Sequence record: PV654397.1
Reading direction: 5' to 3' (one strand)
Length of the DNA: 64,000 nt
The notes under the pieces are model-generated. The model searched no databases. It was not told where the DNA came from and saw only the letters and a list, made by a program, of their open reading frames with translations. The position numbers and the translations under genes are program-made. Of this stretch, positions 21,571-31,497 are shown piece after piece (the first letter of the stretch is position 1; each line of letters opens with the position of its first letter).

Positions 21571-21817
21571 TTATTGAAGTATCTCATCAACAGGAAACCA
21601 ATCTATATTCACACAATACAAGTACTTTTTTTCTTGTTTATGATCTGTATAGTTTACACCAACCGACCATTTACCATTTGTGTAAACATTGTATTCTCGA
21701 ATTATACCGACAATGTTCCAAATTTTGTATAAAAGCTTTAAGGATTTTTACGGCATCGTCCTGTGTTGCTACAGTTTTACTTACATCTTGTAATGTTTTT
21801 TTAAGTATTTCTTCCAT
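21571..21817 (-). CDS. Hypothetical protein (~81 aa) needing a +1 shift; not in ORF track
   Basis: AGGA RBS and MEEILKK... frame 0 stops after 48 aa; the +1 frame GIIREYNVYTNGKW...FPVDEILQ runs to 21571. Confidence 0.5.
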
Positions 21818-21868
21818 ATTATTCCTGATCGTTGAATTAATAACATAACGTATTTAATTTTAAACAAT

Positions 21869-21894
21869 AAAAAAGGGAACCAAAAGGTTCCCTT
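21869..21894 (-). terminator. Intrinsic terminator after sheath gene
   Basis: aagggaacc-aaaa-ggttccctt. Confidence 0.75.
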
Positions 21895-21900
21895 AGTGTT

Positions 21901-24564
21901 TTATTGAGTCTTTTCAATACGAATAGGTACGTAAATGAAGTTGATAGACTTAGTAGGTTGGATTGCAATATCCATCCAAAGTTCATTACGGTCAATACGT
22001 TCAGAAGTGTTGTTACTTTCGTCACAAACAACTGCGAAGTTATATAGACCTTGTTGTTGAACGATTTCAGCTAGGAAGCTATTCACTACACCACTGAATT
22101 CCTGACGAGTACTTGGAGTATTCAAACGGAATAGGAATGGTTCAGAGATGATTTCTAGTTGACGACGAATGTAAACAACCAAACGAGCAACGTTAACACG
22201 GCTTAGTGCAGAGGTTTGGTTAGCAGATAGTGTTTTATCACCATATACTAGCAAGCCACGGTTAGGACGCATTGCAATTGGGTTAATGTTGTTGGTATAC
22301 ATCACGTCACGTTGACCTTGGTTGTATACTACTGGTTGATATTCACCTTCACTGTTAATGAAACCAGTACTTGCAGCGTTGGTTACAACACCACGAGTAG
22401 TACCAGCAGGTGGATACCATACAAAACTAACACTATCACTGTACGCATAGGTACGCATTGCAACAGTACTGCCTGGAACCGCTACTTCTTCACCATCAAC
22501 GTTAGTACTTAGACACCAGCCCATGTACTGAGCAGCATAATCATATGCAGAAGTACGGCCTACTGAACCATTACTTGGTGCGTTATTCGCGTTAGTAGCC
22601 CATTCTTGAACTGCACTACCGTTTCCGGTTGGGTTCAAACGAGCAGGTACATCAGTTACAATGAACGCTGTTTCTTTACGATCAGTGTTTAGGGTAATAC
22701 ATTCATCTAGAGTTTCTACATAACCAGGAACACAGATTAGGTTGAAGTCGATGAATTCAGAACGGATATCATCATTACCGACGATTACAGCAGCTAGTGC
22801 TTCAACGATTAGTTTGCGTTGTGCTGCACGACCGAATAGACCTGCACCATCAAGACTAACACCACTAACAACTTGCCATTGACCATTAACCATTTTCTTA
22901 ACAACACCTTCGGTATTACCGAGGTCAATTGCAAGCATACCATTCTGATAAAGAGCAGCAGAAGCAACTTGTTCAGGGAAGTTAAAGTCAGCGAAAATCA
23001 TACCGTTTAGAGTACTTTGGTCAGTATTGTCTAGTTTAACCCACTCACCATCAACGTTACGATAGAAATCATAACCATCAATTCCTTGAGATAGAGGGCG
23101 TACCCAAATTAGACGGTCTGCCGCAGGTTCATCAACTTGAACATATTTGTTATCTTCTTGTACTAGATCCCATTCGTCATTTGCAACATCTGCAATGTAC
23201 ATGGTAACAGTTAGGTTATCGGAATTACCGAAATCATACCAAATAGTACCGTCTTTAGCAATACTACGTGGAACAGAAGAGCTAACACGTAAGTTATTAA
23301 CGTTAACTAGAGAATAGTTGTTACTATCTACAGTTAGTTTAGCTAGTTCATTCGCTGCAAAAATATCATCACCGCTTTGGGTAACTTTAAAGCTATAACC
23401 TTTGGTGTTTGTAACTACCAAACCGCCATTAGATTCACGTTTGAATTTGAATCCATCATTGATAAGATCAGCACTAACATTTAGATTATCGATGATAGTT
23501 TGAGTATTAATTACGCCACCTTGTGGTACTGCAAGTACTTTAACAGATTTGTTTAGGTAAGCGAAAGTCAAATAACTATCTTCACCAGCTTGCTCAATAA
23601 CAGTTTCACCTAGTGGTACTGCTGGAGCACTAATTGCTGATAGTTTTGCACTTTGAATATAGAAAGAGAAACTCTTACTATCGTCATCAAAACGGCAAGC
23701 AATATAACTGTTGTTTAGTACACCACTCTTAGCTTCAACTTCTTGGAAAGAATTACCAGTATATGCTGGAACGATATTCCAAACTTGAGTTAGAGATGCA
23801 TAACGTTTTAGAACAAAACGAGTACCAAAATAGTTTGAACCATTTTGAGTATAACCATCACGAATCCATACGTTACCTTGTTCAACAGTTGAACCAACTG
23901 GAACTTTGTTGATTGGTGATAGATAAGTTTCAACCTGTACTAGACCAGATGCTGCACGTTTGTACATAAGCATTTGACCATTACTTGGCTTATAACGTAG
24001 AACTAGATCATCAACGTTTAGACCAACTAGGCTAACATCGTCAACTTCTTCAGAACTTACGATGGTAACAGGCTTCAATTGCCAGTCATAGAAGCTGCTT
24101 GGGCTGTCTTTCTTAGCAACATAAGCTTCAATTTGTGATTGAGCAGCATCAAACCATAGAGTACCATTTGGTACTGGACCAGTTGGTGCAGTTGCACTTG
24201 GTGATAGTTGAGCTAAATCGATATCAGCACGAATAACATATGCACGGTTGGTGATGCCTAGATAAGAATATACCGCATGTAGACCATATTCGTTTAGTTC
24301 GTCACCTTGAACAACTGAACCATTGTTCATTTGGAAAATTGGTGAGCCAAATGTATCTAGTGAGCTTTTCTGTGATGTTAGTAGCTGTAGTTTACCAGCG
24401 TTTGCTTTAGTGGTTCCCGCAGCGATTGCACTGCTACCAGGAACAAGTTTGTCTTCAGCAGTAGCGATTACAAATAGTGGTACTGTGCCAGGAGCAGCAG
24501 CAGTACTCATACTTTCATCAGTTACTGAAATGGAAACGCCAGGTGAGAGTAGATCTCCTGCCAT
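21901..24564 (-). CDS. Tail sheath protein
   Basis: LLSPGVSISVTDES N-terminus; WYPPAGTTRG, NINPI, LVYGDKT, RVNVARL, PTKSINFIYV. Confidence 0.96.
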   Translation of the reverse strand: MAGDLLSPGVSISVTDESMSTAAAPGTVPLFVIATAEDKLVPGSSAIAAGTTKANAGKLQLLTSQKSSLDTFGSPIFQMNNGSVVQGDELNEYGLHAVYSYLGITNRAYVIRADIDLAQLSPSATAPTGPVPNGTLWFDAAQSQIEAYVAKKDSPSSFYDWQLKPVTIVSSEEVDDVSLVGLNVDDLVLRYKPSNGQMLMYKRAASGLVQVETYLSPINKVPVGSTVEQGNVWIRDGYTQNGSNYFGTRFVLKRYASLTQVWNIVPAYTGNSFQEVEAKSGVLNNSYIACRFDDDSKSFSFYIQSAKLSAISAPAVPLGETVIEQAGEDSYLTFAYLNKSVKVLAVPQGGVINTQTIIDNLNVSADLINDGFKFKRESNGGLVVTNTKGYSFKVTQSGDDIFAANELAKLTVDSNNYSLVNVNNLRVSSSVPRSIAKDGTIWYDFGNSDNLTVTMYIADVANDEWDLVQEDNKYVQVDEPAADRLIWVRPLSQGIDGYDFYRNVDGEWVKLDNTDQSTLNGMIFADFNFPEQVASAALYQNGMLAIDLGNTEGVVKKMVNGQWQVVSGVSLDGAGLFGRAAQRKLIVEALAAVIVGNDDIRSEFIDFNLICVPGYVETLDECITLNTDRKETAFIVTDVPARLNPTGNGSAVQEWATNANNAPSNGSVGRTSAYDYAAQYMGWCLSTNVDGEEVAVPGSTVAMRTYAYSDSVSFVWYPPAGTTRGVVTNAASTGFINSEGEYQPVVYNQGQRDVMYTNNINPIAMRPNRGLLVYGDKTLSANQTSALSRVNVARLVVYIRRQLEIISEPFLFRLNTPSTRQEFSGVVNSFLAEIVQQQGLYNFAVVCDESNNTSERIDRNELWMDIAIQPTKSINFIYVPIRIEKTQ

Positions 24565-24658
24565 ATTAAATCCTCCAAAAATAATTGGTTATTCGAATTA
24601 TATTCGTATAGTCTTATTTATTGAAGGATTTGAATGTCAAGTCCTAATTGTTTTAATT

Positions 24659-25285
24659 TCACTTATTGGCATAAATAACGCTCAATGCTTGTTGGTGCAA
24701 CGCTTCAATTGTGCTATTATTTTGTACAATGATATCAGGATTATTGATACCAATCCACGCCCATTCAGATTCATGAACTGATTCTAACTCAATTGGTTTC
24801 ATGCTAATATCACCTTTATTAAAAGATGCTGCTAAACCATACCAGTGTGGGAGGGTACGCTGAACTTCAATCACAATACCATTTAATGAACGAATCATTT
24901 TTAGTTCATTTGGGAATCGACAGTCAGTAATGATAATATTCCCTTCAACAGATTGCATTGACTTCTCTAAGCTATGGACCCAAATATCATTATGAAAGTA
25001 CTTACGCAAAATATTAGTACCGTAATTCTGTAATACCCAACGAGGGGAAACATCATCACGCCCCAACTTCTCACACCAGTACTGGTCTGGCTCTTCACGG
25101 AGTTTACGACTTTCCTTAGTCGAACCCTCAAGCATTTCACGATCCCATCCAAAGATAGCAGCAACTGAATCTTTAAGATTAGTTGCAAATGACATTCTTG
25201 TGTAACCATTATTGATAAAAGTTTCACCAAAAGTATCTTTGCCACTACCGATAGTACCGTTAATTGCAATTATTTGTCTTTCCAT
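24659..25285 (-). CDS. Deoxynucleoside monophosphate kinase
   Basis: INGTIGSGKDT P-loop, SFATNLKD, IITDCRFPNE, HESE. Confidence 0.88.
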   Translation of the reverse strand: MERQIIAINGTIGSGKDTFGETFINNGYTRMSFATNLKDSVAAIFGWDREMLEGSTKESRKLREEPDQYWCEKLGRDDVSPRWVLQNYGTNILRKYFHNDIWVHSLEKSMQSVEGNIIITDCRFPNELKMIRSLNGIVIEVQRTLPHWYGLAASFNKGDISMKPIELESVHESEWAWIGINNPDIIVQNNSTIEALHQQALSVIYANK

Positions 25286-25303
25286 AATACTTCTCCATGT
25301 ATA

Positions 25304-25582
25304 TTATATAAGTACTACTAAATCCTTTCCTACTAAACATTCAAGTAATCCAACTATAAACTCACTCCCATAATATATAGTAACATAAGTGATGTAGAAT
25401 GTTTCTCCATTATCATCACGACATATACTCGCCCACGCGTTTATTCGATCTCTACCGAAAACATCTACGATTGATTCTTTTATAAATTTCCAGTTCTTTT
25501 CGGTTGATTCATAATCCAATGTAGGTGCTCCACAAGTATATTTGTTATACATTGCATACACTGCATCTATGTTGTTATTCAT
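25304..25582 (-). CDS. Hypothetical protein
   Basis: 92-aa ORF in operon. Confidence 0.7.
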   Translation of the reverse strand: MNNNIDAVYAMYNKYTCGAPTLDYESTEKNWKFIKESIVDVFGRDRINAWASICRDDNGETFYITYVTIYYGSEFIVGLLECLVGKDLVVLI

Positions 25583-25626
25583 GTCAGGTTCCTTTAGATT
25601 AATATTATCATTATATCACAACATAT

Positions 25627-25657
25627 AAAAAAAGACCCCATATAGGAGTCTTTTTTT
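25627..25657 (-). terminator. Intrinsic terminator after neck gene
   Basis: aaagacccc-atat-aggagtcttt flanked by A and T runs. Confidence 0.7.
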
Positions 25658-25660
25658 GTT

Positions 25661-26452
25661 TTATCCGATAATCATTCCAAGTGGATCACCACCATCTTTG
25701 TATCTCTTCAACTGTTCTTTAAGCTGTTCTTGAAGTTGTGCACCTTCATTACGTAATGTATCACCATCCATAGAGAATGTACCCTGTGGTCCAGGCAATG
25801 TAGCAAATTTAGCACGGTTGCGACCCAACATAATCATAGCTTCAGACAATGCCCAGTCACGTAGCCAAGGATAGCTTTGTTGACGTTGGAATAGCAATGG
25901 TTCAGGTATATTATGATATACATGTAATAGCACTTCTTCAGTACCACGAATATCACGGTCAATTATTAGTTTTTTGGTCATTGGGTTGAACTGGAAGATG
26001 ATTTCTCTACCAAACATACGCCCAACTAATTCTTGGAACTGAAAACTAAAATCATAAGTAGTTAAGTCATAACCACCAGCGTTACGTGCAGACGTTAAAA
26101 GGTAAGTGTTGGTAAATGCGAGTGAAAAAGGGTCTACTGAGTTACCACTACCAGAACTTAGATAACCGTTACCATAACGATAAATCTGTTTGACAATTTC
26201 AACTTCAGTAGGAAGCATGTATACAGATTGTGAATCATAGAATTTCATGTTCAAGAATGCTTCTTCTTTTGAAGCAGAACTCCATGCTCGGTAGTTTGAT
26301 ACCGCATTATCAATTGCAATTTCCAATTGACCGTCAGTAATTTCAACTTCAACTGCACCAGCACCTAACATTTGAGTGATAACATCTTTCAGTTTTTCAC
26401 GATGATCAAAGTTTGGAGCATCTGGGTTTCCACCCATATAATCGTAAGACAT
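25661..26452 (-). CDS. Neck/head-tail adaptor protein, T4 gp13-like
   Basis: Start reassigned to MSYDYM; LGAGAVEVEIT..QL..AI, WLRDWAL, LGRNR.KF...PGP.G. Confidence 0.75.
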   Translation of the reverse strand: MSYDYMGGNPDAPNFDHREKLKDVITQMLGAGAVEVEITDGQLEIAIDNAVSNYRAWSSASKEEAFLNMKFYDSQSVYMLPTEVEIVKQIYRYGNGYLSSGSGNSVDPFSLAFTNTYLLTSARNAGGYDLTTYDFSFQFQELVGRMFGREIIFQFNPMTKKLIIDRDIRGTEEVLLHVYHNIPEPLLFQRQQSYPWLRDWALSEAMIMLGRNRAKFATLPGPQGTFSMDGDTLRNEGAQLQEQLKEQLKRYKDGGDPLGMIIG

Positions 26453-26502
26453 AAAAAAGCACCTCATTAATGTTTATATACATTATTTAGAGGTGCTAAT
26501 AG

Positions 26503-26721
26503 TTATTTGGAATTATACAAGCAATACAAGTATACCATAGGAGCAAAATGTTCGGTATCAACTAAGTATATTAACTGGGTGTCATATATACCGTACAAAT
26601 CTCGAAATTTATCTCTGTACAGCAACAATGACTTATTGTTGTGTGGGTCAACCCAGTACTTTAAGTCATTGTAGTGCAACGTGTTATTACGGTAACCTGA
26701 TAATATTTGTTTTTTAGCCAA
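26503..26721 (-). CDS. Hypothetical protein
   Basis: 72-aa ORF overlapping the upstream stop. Confidence 0.6.
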   Translation of the reverse strand: MAKKQILSGYRNNTLHYNDLKYWVDPHNNKSLLLYRDKFRDLYGIYDTQLIYLVDTEHFAPMVYLYCLYNSK

Positions 26722-27091
26722 CTTTTTTACAATTACTTAGTAAATGCATGATGGCATCAGCGGTAAATGGTCCCAGTACTAAAACTTCTTCTCCATTACC
26801 GAAGATACTCAATGGTACAGATTGTTGTCCTGCTAGATATTCGATTTGTTCTAATTCGAAAATGTCATCAGCAGCATAAACAACCTGTTCCATTTCATTA
26901 TCTTTAATCCATGACTGCCAATGTTCTTTAAACTGCTTCGCTTCGTATTCCAGTACATAGTTAGGTGATTCTGGATTGTACTGATGTAGCATTGTCATAC
27001 CAGCCATAACCAGTTCTTTTGGTGATGGAGTGGAATCTTTCAGTACTACGATAGCTTGGATAGTTTTAACTTTAACGTTTTGAGCAGCCAT
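26714..27091 (-). CDS. Degenerate peptidyl-tRNA hydrolase 2 (PTH2)-like protein
   Basis: AIVVLKD, W...EQVVY, EL..I...A, VLVLGP; lacks the typical AQ..HA and DAG motifs. Confidence 0.45.
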   Translation of the reverse strand: MAAQNVKVKTIQAIVVLKDSTPSPKELVMAGMTMLHQYNPESPNYVLEYEAKQFKEHWQSWIKDNEMEQVVYAADDIFELEQIEYLAGQQSVPLSIFGNGEEVLVLGPFTADAIMHLLSNCKKVG

Positions 27092-27103
27092 TAGATACCT
27101 CTA

Positions 27104-27421
27104 TTATAGAATGATTTTGTTATCAGGAACAATCAGTGCTGGTTTTTCTTCGATAGCCTTGATTGCTTCAACATAAGCTTCAACTAGTGCAGGGTTTGCA
27201 TCGCTGATGCTAATGATGTTGGATTTATAAAAAATAACGCCTTTTTCAGAACTAATGAATTCTAGGTAATCACGTAGAATGATTTCACCTTGTTCGTCAG
27301 TACCTAGCTGTGCTGGGTAGTTAACTACTACTGCTTCTGGTGCATCATTTTGTAGAATTGCTAGTACTGGGCCAACGCTGTTGATGTTTAGTAGTTTAAC
27401 GGTCATAGTCATTTTTGTCAA
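27104..27421 (-). CDS. Hypothetical protein
   Basis: 105-aa ORF with RBS. Confidence 0.75.
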   Translation of the reverse strand: MTKMTMTVKLLNINSVGPVLAILQNDAPEAVVVNYPAQLGTDEQGEIILRDYLEFISSEKGVIFYKSNIISISDANPALVEAYVEAIKAIEEKPALIVPDNKIIL

Positions 27422-27431
27422 GTCCTTTTGT

Positions 27432-27908
27432 TTATTTTAGAAAGTATAAGTGTTTTTCTGCATTAACCAGTCTGTGGTCAATGATTTCTTTGATAACGTT
27501 CCAGTTACCACCGCCTAAATCGGCTCCAATTTTCGGGAAGTGTACATGAACAGTGCGTTCAACGTTACATAAGTAATTGAGTTGTTTGAAAACATCATCG
27601 ATTGCATCATAACTCACATACTTAGAACCGTCATTACCATAGTACTTTTGGGTAATGCAGTTTGCGATAAGCAAATCATCACTTATAGAAGAATATGAAA
27701 TTTGTCCTGTTCTTAGAAATCCCATTTCCTTTTCATATGCTTTATAATCATCATATGCCATCGGATAACGATTTCTTAGTTCTTTTGCAAAACCCGAACC
27801 CATCTTACCCTGTGCATTACAACCATGAGCGATTATATGCAACGCGGTTTGATCATCAGTAACAGTGTTGAATAATTCAAACAAATTACCTAGGTGTTCA
27901 TGTATCAT
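27432..27908 (-). CDS. Macro domain (ADP-ribose processing) protein
   Basis: IAHGCNAQGKMGSGFA, ANCITQ, FPKIGADLGGGNW. Confidence 0.88.
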   Translation of the reverse strand: MIHEHLGNLFELFNTVTDDQTALHIIAHGCNAQGKMGSGFAKELRNRYPMAYDDYKAYEKEMGFLRTGQISYSSISDDLLIANCITQKYYGNDGSKYVSYDAIDDVFKQLNYLCNVERTVHVHFPKIGADLGGGNWNVIKEIIDHRLVNAEKHLYFLK

Positions 27909-27922
27909 TATATTCTCCGAAA

Positions 27923-27950
27923 AGAAAGGACTCTGTAATCAGAGTCCTTA
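27923..27950 (-). terminator. Intrinsic terminator
   Basis: aaggactctg-taat-cagagtcctt. Confidence 0.7.
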
Positions 27951-27959
27951 ATTTATATT

Positions 27960-28217
27960 TTATTCTTCTTCACCGAATCGAATTTTTTTCAATTCTTTTC
28001 GTTGTTTGCGAGCAATGGTACTTTTGTGAAGTCTATTACCACGTTTTGTGTCTTTCGTAATGTACCATGAATCTTCTGGTGCATCATAATCACAATAACC
28101 ATCTTCTGTAATCGTCCCTAAGAAAGCAGACTTTTTAGGAATGGATGTTTGAGCTTTAGCAGCGAATTGGCCTTTTGCTAATTGTTCACGAAAACTGAGC
28201 ATAATAGTATCTCCCAA
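27960..28217 (-). CDS. Basic hypothetical protein
   Basis: ORF with ggag RBS. Confidence 0.7.
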   Translation of the reverse strand: MGDTIMLSFREQLAKGQFAAKAQTSIPKKSAFLGTITEDGYCDYDAPEDSWYITKDTKRGNRLHKSTIARKQRKELKKIRFGEEE

Positions 28218-28247
28218 ATTGTTACGAAGAACTTGTGTTCTTCATTA

Positions 28248-28490
28248 TTATTTAGGGTTGCTCGAAACCTCTACTGAAGCGATGAATGCCAAAATATCAT
28301 CTTTACTGAAAGCTTCAATAATATAAGCAACCGCTTTATCGTACTGTTCTTTCTTAGTAGTGTATTCTTTCATTTTGTGAATTTTACGTTGTGCTTTAAC
28401 TTTTGCAGCTTCCATATCAGGCATTTTAAATTCAACACCCAATGTATCAGCTAAATGTTTTGCACGAGATGATACTTTATCAATATTCAT
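28248..28490 (-). CDS. Hypothetical protein
   Basis: 80-aa ORF coupled to the glutaredoxin gene. Confidence 0.7.
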   Translation of the reverse strand: MNIDKVSSRAKHLADTLGVEFKMPDMEAAKVKAQRKIHKMKEYTTKKEQYDKAVAYIIEAFSKDDILAFIASVEVSSNPK

Positions 28491-28738
28491 TAATTCCAGC
28501 GACCTTCTTTAAGACCTTCAACGAAACCAGTACAGCCACCTGGAACGTAAACATCGTTTACGAAAATTTGTGGAACCTGTCGTACTGGCTCACCACATAG
28601 TTCAGATAGTTTAGCACCATCAATACCAGCGGTAACAATATCGATAAACTCCATATCAAATTTGTTATTTTCACATACTGCTTTAGCAGTGTCGCAGAAT
28701 TTACAACCAGTAGTGCGACCATAAATTTTAACTTTCAT
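28490..28738 (-). CDS. Glutaredoxin
   Basis: CKFC active site, VPQIFV, GG motif. Confidence 0.88.
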   Translation of the reverse strand: MKVKIYGRTTGCKFCDTAKAVCENNKFDMEFIDIVTAGIDGAKLSELCGEPVRQVPQIFVNDVYVPGGCTGFVEGLKEGRWN

Positions 28739-29172
28739 TTCTTTTCCCTTTATTTCGTTGAAACATCGTAACAGCCTTTATTATACTGTTACACATTCGT
28801 TCAGTCAAATACTTTTGACAATCTAGTACATCAATGTACATGAACTTATCCAATTCTGGGTGACTTCTACCATATCTGTTTGTGTAAGTACTTTTACACA
28901 CCAACTCTTCTGGTATAGGCTTATCTTTGGCTGTATAGAAAAATAAAACTAAACGTTTCCCCTTTCTATACGATACATCACCAAGAAACAGAAGATCATC
29001 TTCATCGATTTCATATCCTGTCTCTTCGTAGCATTCACGTACAGCAGCCTCTTTAAATGTTTCTGTACCTTCAGTTTTACCTTTAGGTAAGTCCCAGTGA
29101 TTCTGTCCGTGTTGTATGCCCGATAAGTATCTGACCATCACGATAAAATATTATACCACAGCTATAACGCAT
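28728..29172 (-). CDS. Nudix hydrolase with +1 frame break near 29109
   Basis: Frame 0 gives MRYSCGIIFYRDGQILIGHTT; +1 frame gives GQNHWDLPKG and Nudix box G-x5-E-x7-RECYEETG. Confidence 0.85.
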
Positions 29173-29247
29173 AATCTTATCTCTTTATCATCAAGTGATG
29201 TTCAGATACTAGTAATTATATCAGAAGATGTTAACTTGTCCCAGCTT

Positions 29248-30363
29248 TTAGAACATTTGCTTGATTGCTTCAATACGCAATTCAGCAACAAAATCACGAA
29301 TCTCTGATGTTTGGAGTTCACCATCTTTCACTAACTGCTGAATATCAGGTAATTCAACATCAGTATAACGATCATAAACTTTAATAATCAAATCTTCAAG
29401 TTCAGAATCAATTTCTTTGTTCAAAATGAAGTTTTCCAGTACTCTGTAAAGGAAATCTTCACCACCATTGTTTTTGATATTCATATCCAGTAAGATTTGT
29501 CCCATTTCAACTGGGGTCTTCTTACGGAAGGTTTTAATATCTTCACGGAAACGCTTGATGTAATTACTAAACTTCACGTACTTAACTGGAACCTTAATGG
29601 AACCGTTAAGTACTGAATCATTATTTACTTCTTCATTTTCAAGAAGTACTGTCCATAAGAAATATGGTTTATATTCTTCTGTACAATTTGCAGCGATAGA
29701 ATCAATTAATTCCAGACGTTTCTTGGTAACTGGAACTGTAGTAAATGCCTTTTCGTAATAACCAAATTGTACCAGAGTTTTGATAAACTTGGAAGGGTTT
29801 TCTTCAGAAAGTGCTTTTTCGAATTCAACAAAAACACGATCTGGAACTAGATGGTCTAGTTCACCAGTACTAACCATATCTTTACACATTGTCATAGTAT
29901 CATCATGGATTGTAAAGTCGGAGTAACGCGTAGCGAAACGGGCCAAACGTAGAACACGCAATGGATCTTCTTTAAAGTGTTCTGATACATGACGAAGTAC
30001 TTTGTTCTTGATATCAGCTTTCCCGCCATAAGGGTCGATGTGAATCTGGAGTACTGGATCATACGCAATTGCATTAATTGTAAGGTCACGGCGATACAAA
30101 TCTTGTTCCAGTGTTACGCCTTTAGTATTCACTTCGAAGCCACCGTAACCAGTACCAGTTTTACGTTCAGTACGTGCCAATGCGTGCTCATTACCCTCTG
30201 GACTGAGATACACAGGAAAATCCTTACCTACTTGCTTATAACCAATACTTTGCAAGTACTTAATATCAGATTCGGATGCACCGACAATGACATAATCTTT
30301 GTCTTTTGCACGGATGCCCATTAAACGATCTCTCGTATAACCTCCAACCAAATACTTTTTCAT
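29248..30363 (-). CDS. cca: tRNA nucleotidyltransferase (CCA-adding enzyme)
   Basis: YLVGGYTRD, DKDYVI, GKDFPV, RRDLTINA, EDPLRVLR.ARF. Confidence 0.93.
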   Translation of the reverse strand: MKKYLVGGYTRDRLMGIRAKDKDYVIVGASESDIKYLQSIGYKQVGKDFPVYLSPEGNEHALARTERKTGTGYGGFEVNTKGVTLEQDLYRRDLTINAIAYDPVLQIHIDPYGGKADIKNKVLRHVSEHFKEDPLRVLRLARFATRYSDFTIHDDTMTMCKDMVSTGELDHLVPDRVFVEFEKALSEENPSKFIKTLVQFGYYEKAFTTVPVTKKRLELIDSIAANCTEEYKPYFLWTVLLENEEVNNDSVLNGSIKVPVKYVKFSNYIKRFREDIKTFRKKTPVEMGQILLDMNIKNNGGEDFLYRVLENFILNKEIDSELEDLIIKVYDRYTDVELPDIQQLVKDGELQTSEIRDFVAELRIEAIKQMF

Positions 30364-30364
30364 A

Positions 30365-30487
30365 TCATTCCCCCATCAACCAATCACGTAGACGTTCCCA
30401 GAAGCCTTTTGGCTGATATTCTGGATATTCATATTCATCTGTTCCTTGCTCGGAAACACCCCAATCTTCTTCTAATACTGTAATCAC
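30365..30487 (-). CDS. 40-aa acidic micro-protein, paralog A
   Basis: GGAGG RBS, GTG start; VITVLEEDWGVSEQGTDEYEYPEYQPKGFWERLRDWLMGE. Confidence 0.7.
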   Translation of the reverse strand: MITVLEEDWGVSEQGTDEYEYPEYQPKGFWERLRDWLMGE

Positions 30488-30498
30488 AATGCCTCCAA

Positions 30499-30942
30499 TT
30501 AAATTAATCTATCACGTAGACGGTCGTAATATTTTGCATGTATATCTAGTATACACTGAAATGATGGATAGTCAATACTAAATGTATCATCAATGAACAT
30601 GTACTGAAGAAGTGTTTCTGGTCCATTATCAACAACTGGTAATGTCCCTTCTTTTTTTGATAGGGTGTGCCACATCAACTCACTTTCAATATGGTGAGTT
30701 GCGTATGTCAATTCAATCTTACTTTTTCGTAGTAAAATTAACAATTCATCATTGTCATCGAGTGCATTACGAAATTTAATACGAACTGTACCCTGGAAAT
30801 TATTAGTGTACATAACACGATGATGATTGTATGAAATTAAACCACGTCTTTCAGTACTGATTTCATGTTCAGCAAAGTACTTTAACGTTTCATTAAATTT
30901 TGGAATTTTACTTGCGTCCACCAATGTAATCCTCATATACAT
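30499..30942 (-). CDS. Hypothetical protein, Q..F..D paralog family
   Basis: C-terminal LLQYMFIDDTF motif. Confidence 0.75.
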   Translation of the reverse strand: MYMRITLVDASKIPKFNETLKYFAEHEISTERRGLISYNHHRVMYTNNFQGTVRIKFRNALDDNDELLILLRKSKIELTYATHHIESELMWHTLSKKEGTLPVVDNGPETLLQYMFIDDTFSIDYPSFQCILDIHAKYYDRLRDRLI

Positions 30943-31321
30943 GATATACGTTCATTATACTATTATATAGTTCAAAGTCAAATCCAAATGTGTCATCAAT
31001 GAACTGATATTGTAGATACTCTTCATATGAAGCATCAATTGGTAATGAGCCAGAACGAATATCATCTGATTTAAAATCGTCAATATATCTTAATGTTATT
31101 TCTTCATCAACAGTGATATCTATCATCAACGTATCGTCACTGTACCAAAGGTTATGTATACGGATGTAAAGTTTCTTAGCACGATTAAAACTAGATACAT
31201 TGGTATTGCGATGGAGTTTATCTAAGTTGAAGTAAAAACCAGGCTCGTTTTTACTTATGTTTTTCATATGTTCTGCAATCGAATCAATTATATAATCAAT
31301 GTTGAATGTTCTCATAAACAA
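30908..31321 (-). CDS. Hypothetical protein, Q..F..D paralog family
   Basis: C-terminal EEYLQYQFIDDTF motif. Confidence 0.75.
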   Translation of the reverse strand: MFMRTFNIDYIIDSIAEHMKNISKNEPGFYFNLDKLHRNTNVSSFNRAKKLYIRIHNLWYSDDTLMIDITVDEEITLRYIDDFKSDDIRSGSLPIDASYEEYLQYQFIDDTFGFDFELYNSIMNVYHVYEDYIGGRK

Positions 31322-31497
31322 ATCTCATAGCGGTTTGTGTTTGGATTGTAGCAATAGGTATCATTAATTTTAACACCAGGTTTAAGTGTTATTGTTGTTC
31401 CTACTTCAGTACTGGGTTCTGCATCACAAAAAATCATCACACCAACGCCACAGATTAAAGCTAAGATACAAATAATAGCACATATTGTATATTCCAT
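31312..31497 (-). CDS. Small membrane protein
   Basis: Start at MEYTIC (TGATG coupling); N-terminal hydrophobic helix. Confidence 0.65.
   Translation of the reverse strand: MEYTICAIICILALICGVGVMIFCDAEPSTEVGTTITLKPGVKINDTYCYNPNTNRYEICL

Noticed and set aside
21534-21848. 104-aa plus-strand ORF between tube and sheath genes
   Set aside because: Against operon direction with no RBS; the minus-strand frameshifted gene explains the interval better.
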